Shown: positions 55,201 through 64,000 of the stretch, piece by piece
Layout of the letters: every line of letters starts with the position of its first letter
Numbering within the stretch: the stretch's first letter is position 1
Assembly (NCBI GenBank): GCA_963663545.1
Contig: OY760505.1
Location: 3,648,001 to 3,712,000, forward strand
Reading direction: 5' to 3'
Length of the DNA: 64,000 bases
Source: Candidatus Delongbacteria bacterium
Lineage (GTDB): Bacteria; CAIWAD01
Made by a program: the position numbers and the translations under genes
The notes under the pieces: model-generated
Database searches by the model: none
Seen by the model: only the letters and a program-made list of their open reading frames with translations
What the model was told of the DNA's origin: nothing

Positions 55201-56205
55201 CCCGTAAGCATTGTAGCTGAAGGTCAGGCGATTACCGCATCTGCTGATTATCGCTGCCAATTTTCCGGCTTTGTTACTGCCGTCCAACGCATAAAATTTG
55301 CAAATTACCCCGTTGCGATTGCGCAACAGCAGGCTATTGTCGCTGTCTTTGACCACCTTTTTGAAGCGATATTCCGGCGGGATCAGGTTGCCGCCGCTAT
55401 CTATATAGTATGCCTCGCCACGGGCGTGTCCGTTGTAGAAATAGACGATATTGGGATCGCTCGCTGACGGGATGAATCTCATGAAATAGACATGAGACCA
55501 GTTATAGCCTAAAGTACCCGGAAAATCATTACGGCTACGGTAAGTCCTCTTGAACTGGTAGTTGATGCCGCGACCGGGGATCTCTAGATCCACCTCTTCC
55601 ACCACAAACTCGAGGTTATTCAAATGCACCGGGTCGCCAGCCTGGCATTCGCACTGACAGGTGCTGTCCTCTACTTCCAGGTCGCATTGGGTGCAGGACG
55701 TATTGGCCGAATTTTGCGGACAGTTACCCGTCGGGCAGTTTTTGCTGCTGCATAACGGTGCGGTTTCATTGGGATCATTGAAGCTGCCATCCGAGCCGAC
55801 ATATACGGTTACTGTCGATTGCTCAGTCACCATTACCCCATCCGTGAACTGCCAATTTAGGGTCACGTTTTTGTTGACTGCGGGGCGTTTATCCAGAATG
55901 AAAAAAATATCCCCTACCATTCCTGAAGGTACCATTTTCCGCAGGATATCACCAGGAGTCATACCGGCAAACCATACACTGGGCCCACCATAGCCGTTAA
56001 AGGTTGGCAGTTGTTCGCTACTGCCGTCAGTATATGTTACTGTACCTTTCGGGATGACCACCATTGCTTCGATTGCTTCGATGCCTGGCACCATTGCTTC
56101 GATGCCTGGCACCATTGCTTCGATAAAAATTTTGGCTTCGATGCCTGGCACCATTGCTTTGATGCCTGGCACCATTGCTTCGATTGCTTCGATGCCTGGC
56201 ACCAT
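49254..56205 (-). CDS. Rhs/YD-repeat polymorphic toxin (DUF6531-like domain, YD repeats, inserted LamG, C-terminal toxin); 5'-truncated by repeats, one frameshift near 54890
   Basis: GDPVHLNNLEF..DLEIPGRG..LGYNWSH; many YD repeats; FRYRYYSSEQGRWLSRDGLGYVDGLNLY..NPKTFLDSYG; AT-rich tip. Confidence 0.9.
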
Positions 56206-56207
56206 TA
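56060..56207 (-). repeat. 21-nt repeat array replacing the Rhs 5' end
   Basis: Five gatgcctggcaccatt units with short gattgcttc inserts. Confidence 0.92.
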
Positions 56208-56842
56208 TCTTTATCGTTATCGAAATAGCAACGTTGGAGCTTGCAAACCGAAACTCTAATTAGAGTCAAAGTTTGCAGCCATATTCACTCTGTAAACGCT
56301 ATAAAATAGAGATTAATTTCAACTGCGTAACTCCTGTATAATTTTATCCAAAGAGAACAACCGGGGCCACTAAATTTTTCGTGCAATTCAGCTAATCATG
56401 GTAAATTGTAACATAGACCTTTTCCTGCCATCTATAATGCTGAGAAGTTTATAGTGATCATTGGCCGAGGCGACCCAATCCGGCAGGGGGGCTTGCTTAT
56501 AGACATCCCCCCGATGTTTCGGGAAGGAAGCAAGATTGCCGGCAAATATCTCGAGGCGCGCTACCTTCACGAGCAATTGACGGCGATCGAACCTCAAATC
56601 GATGCGGATATTTCACTTGAGCAGATAGTGCGTTCGATTGTCGTTTCGCCATACGACTCGAACTATCAGTGGGTTGTTTAAGTTTTATTAACTTGCCAGA
56701 AAAGTAATCGATTATTTCAAGCCAAAGATAAGCATATTATTTGACGAATTGTTTTCAAAGTAGAATTACCGGGCGATACCTAACGGGGAATTTATTAAAT
56801 TCTCCTAACTAAAATTCGTGATTGATAGCCGAACCAGGCTTT

Positions 56843-58090
56843 CTATTTCATTAAAATCACTTTGCCGTAAGAGGGATGGAAGTCGCGACGCTCATATCGC
56901 CAATCGGTAACTACCCACAGCACATCGTAAGGAAGCGGAGACTTGGGATAATTGATGGCGCCGTCGGTCAGGACAAGTACTGCTTTCACCTCGGGATTTC
57001 GCGCCAGTTGTAACATCGCCGGCGTCATATCACTGCCGCCCAATCCCTTGATCGAATAATGATATAATTGCTGCGGAGCTATCCATTCGTCTCGGGTCAA
57101 TTCGGCATCGCATTGCACTATATGGATTCGCTCGATATTTATCCCCTCGGCAAAGGAGGCGATGACTCCGAGAGCATGCAACAATCGCCTTTGCATCGAG
57201 CCACTGGTATCCAGCACAATGTGCAAGGTCCAGCCCTCCCGCTTTTTACCCACTAGAATCACATCCTGGCGATCGGCGCCCCGGCGGGAAGGGCGTGCAT
57301 AAGTACGTACGTCAGGCACCGCATCTTCCAGCCACCGCTGCACTGCCATTTCCCAAGGCGGTCGATATTTAGCGCGCAAGGCTGCGATCGTTTCGCTCCT
57401 GCCGCCGGGTTCATCTTCCTGTCCTGAGCAGCACTCGAGATGGTTGAATAAATCGAGCAACCCTATCGCTTGGGTGGCCAGACTCGATATCTGTTGCAAA
57501 CTATCGTTTGTGACTGGAGCGTCAGGAAACCATCGGCGCTCCAATTCACTGGCTAGCACATCACCAGGCAAATCCGGCCGCGTCGCGAGCAATCCGGCCG
57601 CGATCATGATCCCCTCCATTTCGTTTTTAGGCACGCCCATTTGCTCCGCGCTATGCCAACACTGCTTCGGAAGCACTCCGATATCTCGCTGCATTTGCGC
57701 CACCAATTGCTCTGCCGCCAGATGACGTGCCCCTGGTAAGTTCAAACCTCCGGCCGGAATCTCTCGATCAAGACTATGACGCAACATATCGTTGATAATG
57801 TAATCATGAGCATAATTGAACAGAATTACCTCGGTGGCAGCACAACGTTGGTGAGTTTGCAAGGCCAGGTGCAAAAGTTCGTGTGCCACCACAAAAACCG
57901 CGTCTCCTGGATGCAATTGCGCGAACCACTCACCGTTGACCACCATCCGTCCCGAAGCGAAGATCCCGATGCTCGCCACCCGCTTATCGATGACAAAGTG
58001 AACGCGGTTGGCCAATCCACAAAGATAAGGCAAATGCACGCGGACCAGGCGCAGCGCCTGTTGGATACGTTCTAAAATCGAGTCGCTCAT
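56843..58090 (-). CDS. DUF2201-type metallopeptidase-like + vWA protein
   Basis: VAHELLH (HExxH), VLDTSGSM, GGSDMTP, VLTDG. Confidence 0.85.
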   Translation of the reverse strand: MSDSILERIQQALRLVRVHLPYLCGLANRVHFVIDKRVASIGIFASGRMVVNGEWFAQLHPGDAVFVVAHELLHLALQTHQRCAATEVILFNYAHDYIINDMLRHSLDREIPAGGLNLPGARHLAAEQLVAQMQRDIGVLPKQCWHSAEQMGVPKNEMEGIMIAAGLLATRPDLPGDVLASELERRWFPDAPVTNDSLQQISSLATQAIGLLDLFNHLECCSGQEDEPGGRSETIAALRAKYRPPWEMAVQRWLEDAVPDVRTYARPSRRGADRQDVILVGKKREGWTLHIVLDTSGSMQRRLLHALGVIASFAEGINIERIHIVQCDAELTRDEWIAPQQLYHYSIKGLGGSDMTPAMLQLARNPEVKAVLVLTDGAINYPKSPLPYDVLWVVTDWRYERRDFHPSYGKVILMK

Positions 58091-59139
58091 AGTCCGGTCA
58101 CCTCCTTCAACGATTCAAGCAACGCCGTATCGGCGCCCATTCTCCCCCAATCCGCAACCATATCTACCAATAACACGAAGCGATGCTCAGGGGGCAGTGC
58201 CAATAAAAATCGATTGACTTTTGCACGGGGAATATCCGGGAGCTGCTTCTTTTTCAATGCCTGGCGAATACAAGCCAATACGAACCATCTTTTGCTCTCT
58301 TCCTGCGGTATTGCTTGCGGGAAATCGAAATAAGTTACCAGGGGCGGCAGTTTTTCGATTCCTTCTTCTACCATGACACTGAAAATCGCGGCATCCTCGG
58401 GGCTCAAGCGAGCGAAGCACAAAGCGCGAAAAGTTCGGCTATCTAAGCTGCCCTGGTGGTGGTGGGCATCCAGTGCTCGGGATAACGAAGTCCAGGCCCG
58501 CGGCGAAGAAAATGGTATCGCTTCTTGCGGAACCTCACGCATCAATGATTCGGGCATAAAGGTGATATAGGAAAGGATATCCCGACGGATCTGCTGACGG
58601 TAGGCCCATGATCGCCACTCGTCAACATCGACGCGGATGTGGAGTACAAAAATGCGATTGATCAGGGCGCTACTCGGCATCCGAACCAGGGCGCGGTCCT
58701 GCATTCGATTTCCGGCCGCTACCACCCAACTTTCTGGAGGTAATGCGTATTCACCGAGGCGCCGCTCCATAATCAGAGTATAAAAGGCTTTCTGGACTTG
58801 TTGGGCGCAAGAGGGGAATTCGTCGAGAAACAGACAAAATGGTGCGGCTGGTTCCGGGAGCAAGATTTTCGGCGGGCAAAATACCGAGCGTTGCCCGACA
58901 ATCTTGGGAATGCCACTGACATCCTCGGGCGCGATCTGGGTGCCGAGGAGAGAGCGGCAGGTTAAACCGGCGTCGTTGGCGATCTGTTGTACTATTGCCG
59001 ATTTACCGACTCCAGGGGGAGAAAGTAGCAACAAACTTTCGCGATGGGCCATAGTGCGAATAATTTCACCGGCCTGGTGTAAGGTTACGGTAACCGGTTC
59101 AGTCTTCATTGACGGGCCTTCCGTATAATCTTTCGGCAT
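58087..59139 (-). CDS. MoxR-type AAA+ ATPase
   Basis: SPPGVGKS, LFLDEF, VVAAGNR, ALINR, SPRAW. Confidence 0.88.
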   Translation of the reverse strand: MPKDYTEGPSMKTEPVTVTLHQAGEIIRTMAHRESLLLLSPPGVGKSAIVQQIANDAGLTCRSLLGTQIAPEDVSGIPKIVGQRSVFCPPKILLPEPAAPFCLFLDEFPSCAQQVQKAFYTLIMERRLGEYALPPESWVVAAGNRMQDRALVRMPSSALINRIFVLHIRVDVDEWRSWAYRQQIRRDILSYITFMPESLMREVPQEAIPFSSPRAWTSLSRALDAHHHQGSLDSRTFRALCFARLSPEDAAIFSVMVEEGIEKLPPLVTYFDFPQAIPQEESKRWFVLACIRQALKKKQLPDIPRAKVNRFLLALPPEHRFVLLVDMVADWGRMGADTALLESLKEVTGL

Positions 59140-60160
59140 GATCTAATGCGACCGGATCAAGCTTCATGCCGAAATTCAACCCGATCTCCTCAAGACTCTC
59201 CTGCAATTCGTACAGCGAGGTTTGTCCCATATTTTTCATCTGCAAGAAATCCTCAGGTTGATGGCTCACCAGGTCTTTGATATAGATAATGTTGGCCTTT
59301 TTCAGGCAATTGCGGCTACGCATTGACAAATCCAGTTCGCTTACCGGCGTTATCAGTTTTTGCCATAACTCTATGGAGATTATCGGTATTTCGCTGGCCG
59401 GATCGTCGAGAAATTGACAAAAGCAAACCGCATCATTGCGACTGATGCGGCCGTGGGTCAAGGCCCGGAGGATTTCAGGTCTACATATTCCGGCCGTTTC
59501 GACGAGATTGATAGCTTGAGACAGCGAGGCCCAGGCGCGCGGAGTAGAAAAAGGTTGCGGTATGTCGGGTGCCGGACGCATCAATGCTTTGGGACATTTC
59601 TGGATAAAAGCGATGATCTCCTGGCGAATGTGGTTTTGCCGCGCCCACGCTAACCATTCGTCATGATCTACTCGCACCTGCAATAAGAATACGCGATTGA
59701 CCAGGGCGCTACTCATTGCTCGGATTAGGGCTCGATCTTCTAGCCGGTTGCCGGCGGCTATCACCCAAGTTCCGGCGGGCAAATAATGCTCTCCCAGCCT
59801 TCGTTCCAGTAATAGCGAATAAAAAGCTTTTTGCACATCAGGGGAGCAAGCCGGCAGCTCATCGAGAAACAGGCAAAACGGCTGCGGATCTTCCGGCAAT
59901 AAAATTCGGGGAGGACAAAAGATCGAGCGGTTGCCGACAATCTTGGGAATACCGCTGACATCTTCGGGGGCGATTTGAGTGCCGAGCAGCGAACGTACCG
60001 GCAAATTAGCTTCCGCAGCCGCCTGGACAACGATATCCGATTTGCCTACCCCCGGCGGAGATAACAACAGCAGACTGTGTTCATGCGCCATGGCTTTGAT
60101 CATCGCTTTGGCCTGGCTCAAGGTTATTGATTCGACCAAACTTCGGTGTCCTCCCGTCAT
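59099..60160 (-). CDS. MoxR-type AAA+ ATPase fused to an RNA polymerase alpha-CTD-like domain
   Basis: SPPGVGKS, LFLDEL, TPRAW; C-terminal PVSELDLSMRSRNCLKKANIIYIKDLV..MKNMGQTSLYELQESLEEIGLNFGM. Confidence 0.85.
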   Translation of the reverse strand: MTGGHRSLVESITLSQAKAMIKAMAHEHSLLLLSPPGVGKSDIVVQAAAEANLPVRSLLGTQIAPEDVSGIPKIVGNRSIFCPPRILLPEDPQPFCLFLDELPACSPDVQKAFYSLLLERRLGEHYLPAGTWVIAAGNRLEDRALIRAMSSALVNRVFLLQVRVDHDEWLAWARQNHIRQEIIAFIQKCPKALMRPAPDIPQPFSTPRAWASLSQAINLVETAGICRPEILRALTHGRISRNDAVCFCQFLDDPASEIPIISIELWQKLITPVSELDLSMRSRNCLKKANIIYIKDLVSHQPEDFLQMKNMGQTSLYELQESLEEIGLNFGMKLDPVALDHAERLYGRPVNED

Positions 60161-60213
60161 AATTGCCCCTTTTTCATTATTTTTACTGAATGTGATTCTT
60201 GGATAACATGACA

Positions 60214-60556
60214 TTACCAAGCTAATGGTCTCTTTGCAAGATATAAATCATCAACGGTAGTTGGATGCTCGCCAGCGTTTTTGGGAGCGCTTGGCCCGAG
60301 CTTTCCGGCGGTATTTGGTGCGATGACTTCGCTCCATGGCGACCAGCATGTCCCACTCCTCCTCGATCTCCTGCTCTTCAGGTGATTGATACTCGTAATT
60401 GTCGCTGAGGTCGCCGTCGGAAAAAAAGTTATCGTACCATTCGCTAAGATCGAGTGGTCGGGTGTAAAAACCGTGCTCATGTAAGTAGGTCATCTGCTCC
60501 CTGGTCAATAATCCACAATTATCGAGATAGCTGATCAGTTCCTGAACGACCTTCAT
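60214..60556 (-). CDS. small acidic/basic hypothetical protein
   Basis: RBS gagga; first gene of the MoxR cluster; 3' end uncertain. Confidence 0.4.
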
Positions 60557-60752
60557 GGCTTGCTCCTCAAGTTTTGTCCATCCGTTATCGAAGACATCGA
60601 TCTATAGAGTGATATCGCGACGAAATGTTACAATCGCGAAATTGGACCTGGCTACCGTCGTTCACGCTAAGGCGCCGGAATTAAATGGTCTGTATGCAAA
60701 TGACAAATTTTGTATGACCCGAACATGTGAGCTAAAACTTAGACCACGACAT

Positions 60753-61448
60753 TTAAATGGTCTGTATGCAAAAACCCTGGCTCGGGAAGCGGACCGCGGG
60801 GGCATAGCCGCTGCGGTCCAAAGTCGCCGCGATCTCCACTTCCCTGGCCTCCGATCGCACTTGCTCTACATAGGCCGACACGCGTCGGTGATATATCTCG
60901 CTGAGCAACTCCACTCCCTCGCGCCCCCATCCCCTCCACTCCTGCCGCGGTATCGTTTCCGCAATCGCTACTTGCGCCGGCTCCGCCCACCACGACGGGA
61001 TTTCGCCTTCTCCGCCGAGATTGCCATGGCCTACTACCGACCTTTCGTGCAGTTTCCCGTCGGCATCGATTCTCCACAACTTCTCCACTGCCAGCGCCGC
61101 CACCTTGCTCAGTACCGCGCTGTTATCGTTCAGCACCGCTTTTCTCACCGCTATGCTCTGTACCGCTTCACTTCCTTGCCACCTCCAGATATGATAGTGA
61201 TAGTCATTTTGCCAGGCATAGGTTAGGCCCGGGCAATCCGCCACCGCCTGCCGGGCCAGCCGCAATATCTCCACGCCGATTTCCACCTGCTCAGCCGTCC
61301 GGATTCCCGGGCCATGACGTTCGTCCCCAACCAGACGACCCTCGCCCTGCCAGCGGAGCAACGTAAAATTAGGGCGCTCGGCCCCGCACGCATCGAACTG
61401 CGCTTCCTTGCATAGCGCACTGCTGTTGATTATTTCTATCTCGGCCAT
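60753..61448 (-). CDS. hypothetical protein
   Basis: 231-aa ORF with RBS aagga. Confidence 0.55.
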   Translation of the reverse strand: MAEIEIINSSALCKEAQFDACGAERPNFTLLRWQGEGRLVGDERHGPGIRTAEQVEIGVEILRLARQAVADCPGLTYAWQNDYHYHIWRWQGSEAVQSIAVRKAVLNDNSAVLSKVAALAVEKLWRIDADGKLHERSVVGHGNLGGEGEIPSWWAEPAQVAIAETIPRQEWRGWGREGVELLSEIYHRRVSAYVEQVRSEAREVEIAATLDRSGYAPAVRFPSQGFCIQTI

Positions 61449-61546
61449 TTCCTTATCCTTGCTTGTTGCCTGACCACCAAACGGTCATCTTATTTTACCA
61501 AAATTTTAGTGGAAAGAGCAAGCAACTAAATTATTGTTTCACTTGG

Positions 61547-63535
61547 TCAAGGTCGGCGCCACCAATCGCTTAGTTTTCCGTCCGGTAGTTGCCGGTAGCG
61601 CTCATCCAGCCCGAATTCGCTTTTCCAGGCATCGACCCAACTTTCATTGGGTTCGCTGTGCCGGGCGATCGCTTTGCCGTAGATCCGCTGGTAAAATTTG
61701 CCGGTCGATTTTTTACTGGCCTGGCGCGAAGCCACAAGGCGATCGAGGGCGAGTAAGATCTCCAGCCATACCAGATAATTGAGGTCGTTGTAGCTTTCTC
61801 GGGCCTGCACTAACTCGGGAGGGGGCTGATCTACCAATCGGGCGCGGGTGAAGCCGGCCTGGCGGCCTTTGCCTTCGACGAGAATCGCCCGCTGTTTGTT
61901 TACCGCCATAAACACCTCGGGACGGGTGCTCTGATTGCGAGCCAGAAATTGTTGTCCCGTCGCTTCAGCGATAGCCGCCCGTTCTACGCCGATAAATAGC
62001 GAATAGAAGGGGGCAATATCGGCGGCGACGGTCGCGGTGCCGTTGGTTTGGAAATGCTCGGCTTCACGCACCACGATAAATTGATAATCCCTGATCTCCG
62101 AGGCGAATACTTGCTTGATGCACGGTAAAGCGGCTAACCAGGTAAGCAGCCCGTGATTGACGCCATCACGAAAGTCGGTGCGATTCCATGACAACACCGC
62201 CTTCAGCGACGACGGCGGCAAGGCTATTTGCAGGGTGATGATCGCGTTGTCTTCGTCGGTCAAGGTCAATAACCAGCCGCTGACTCTGGCGCCGGTTTCG
62301 GGCAATGATAAGTAAGAGGTGGCGGGCGCGAACTCCAGGCGCAGGAATTGCCGTTGTGATTTGAATTGCGGCGTAAAGCGGCTGGCGTCGATGGTAGCGT
62401 AACTTTCCAGAAAACTCGGGCAAATTTCGGCGCCGGCCCATCCCGCGCTTTCGATCTGACGGCGCTTCATTTCCCGCTGTTGGCGTCGATTCCACACCAG
62501 GTAATCATTGCCGTCATAGGATTGCAGCCCCCAAAAATCAAAGCGCGGATTATGGCGTAGTTGAGGATAGAGAGCTGACGGCGGTTTGACCGGGCGGCAT
62601 TTGACCACCAGGGTCCAGTAGATGAATAGCGCCGGGAATTCATAGCTCGAGGCGTGAGGGGCCGAGGTGGCGAGCCAGGCGATGACTTCGCTGAGATGGC
62701 GCCAGCACAGCAGGAGATCGCGACGGCAGAAGGGATGGTTATGATGGGCCGAGCGATTGCTGAGCTTGCCGACACAGGCCAGGCGCGTCAACACCCGTCG
62801 GGGAATGCGCTTTTCGAGTTGCTGAGTGATTTTGGTGATTTCCAGCAACCCGAAATCGATTTCCTCGCCTTTTTTATCGGGAAACAACATTTGTAACGCC
62901 TGCTCGGCAACCCGACGCATGGCGAATGACGATTTTTCGTAATCGGCTCCTTCGCCACAGGCCTGGGCCACGACGGCGAGTTCCTGGCACCATTGTTCGT
63001 CGCTCCACTTTTCGGCGCCGGCAATGATTTCCTGGTAGTCGGCGGCGGCGAAGAGCGGAGGATAATCCGAACCGACCGCGCCATATTGCCGCGCATACCA
63101 GTCGCAGAGATCGAGTAAATGGTAGGCGCAATCTCGCACATCGCAGGGTTGGGGGTGGTTGTTGGCATGGCTGAGGTTGCACAAGAGGTGGATGCAGACG
63201 AATTTGGCATGGATGGCGTCAGGGATGGGGGCCGGGACCAGCGCGGCGAGCTGGCTATTGACCAAGCCACTTAAAGTCAGTTTTTTGCCTTTGAGTTGGT
63301 CCAGGGGGCGGTTATGGTGGACGCACAATAATTTGGCCAAGATTTCCGCTCCCACCCGCAGGTTACGCAGCCCCCACCACTGCTCGAAATCTCCGAGCGA
63401 TTTTTGGCAGGTGACCAGGGATTGCCGGAGTTGGTCGTGATAAGTGGCGACATCGCCGGTGGGAGCACTCCAGCTATCGATCCCGGCCAGGCGTTGCTGG
63501 AACAATCGTTGTAATTTGGCAATTGGATTGGTCAT
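61547..63535 (-). CDS. hypothetical protein with two tandem DUF4145/HEPN-like helical domains
   Basis: LRVGAEILAK..LCNLSHANNH and MRRVAEQALQ..LSNRSAHHNH; RBS ggagg. Confidence 0.55.
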   Translation of the reverse strand: MTNPIAKLQRLFQQRLAGIDSWSAPTGDVATYHDQLRQSLVTCQKSLGDFEQWWGLRNLRVGAEILAKLLCVHHNRPLDQLKGKKLTLSGLVNSQLAALVPAPIPDAIHAKFVCIHLLCNLSHANNHPQPCDVRDCAYHLLDLCDWYARQYGAVGSDYPPLFAAADYQEIIAGAEKWSDEQWCQELAVVAQACGEGADYEKSSFAMRRVAEQALQMLFPDKKGEEIDFGLLEITKITQQLEKRIPRRVLTRLACVGKLSNRSAHHNHPFCRRDLLLCWRHLSEVIAWLATSAPHASSYEFPALFIYWTLVVKCRPVKPPSALYPQLRHNPRFDFWGLQSYDGNDYLVWNRRQQREMKRRQIESAGWAGAEICPSFLESYATIDASRFTPQFKSQRQFLRLEFAPATSYLSLPETGARVSGWLLTLTDEDNAIITLQIALPPSSLKAVLSWNRTDFRDGVNHGLLTWLAALPCIKQVFASEIRDYQFIVVREAEHFQTNGTATVAADIAPFYSLFIGVERAAIAEATGQQFLARNQSTRPEVFMAVNKQRAILVEGKGRQAGFTRARLVDQPPPELVQARESYNDLNYLVWLEILLALDRLVASRQASKKSTGKFYQRIYGKAIARHSEPNESWVDAWKSEFGLDERYRQLPDGKLSDWWRRP

Positions 63536-64000
63536 CGCAAAATCATCCTCCTGAGGGGTTATCAGCAGTTGAAAAAATTTGTAGAACTAAATAGAAACAA
63601 ATCGATGCAATTTATTTATAATTGACAACGTTAATTTGAAAATTTATAATAATCGGTCTTGTCAATGAAGAAACTTTACTCGATGAAATAGGCGTTAGAA
63701 CTTGTAGGGCTTTATGTTGAGTATAGTTATAGAATGCGAGGAAGGCCGTTGAAGAAGAAAAAAACTAAGGGGCAGATACTTAGTTTTCCCCTGGTAATCA
63801 GAAGCGAAGCCAATCCCAAGATAAAAAGAACGCTCTGGTATGCAAAGAAAATGAGCAACAAGTACCTGAGAAAGTTCTATCAAAGAGATATATTGGAACA
63901 TTTAAGCATAAGTAAGGTAAGGCAGTCCTACAAAATTTTGGAGCCCGAAAGTCCGCGTAAATGGAGAAGCAAGATTCCCAGCAGAGTTAATCGCGGAATT

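Noticed and set aside
56454..56681. Possible DUF2971-like fragment (RSIVVSPY)
   Set aside because: Single short motif; insufficient support.

Overview
Bacterial window (Planctomycetota-like gene content; taxon is inference only). 1-13 kb is ordinary envelope/signalling content: Ser/Thr kinase-FGE fusion, GDPD, HEAT protein, Omp85 barrel, GT2-GtrA, spermidine-synthase-like membrane protein, GT-C/discoidin protein. 13.7-24 kb holds Mla-type ABC genes and a vWA locus broken by many 1-nt indels, probably long-read errors. 24-63.5 kb is a heavily rearranged accessory island: a fused ABC transporter plus secreted phage-tail-collar proteins in repeated cassettes; two RAYT/IS200-like HUH transposases with head-to-tail arrays of a 21-nt quasi-palindrome lying at gene-truncating or duplication junctions; Bro-N/ORF6C antirepressor-like genes each with an odd-length palindrome whose single central base decides a codon (one is a TAA/TTA switch); a truncated hsdM; a 1075-aa membrane-anchored DDE transposase; an Rhs toxin with inserted LamG and a papain-like tip followed by an IS-interrupted MglA-like pseudo-GTPase in the immunity slot; and a MoxR/MoxR-alphaCTD/vWA-peptidase operon. 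No rRNA, tRNA or CRISPR array was recognised. All family calls are from motif recognition, not database searches.
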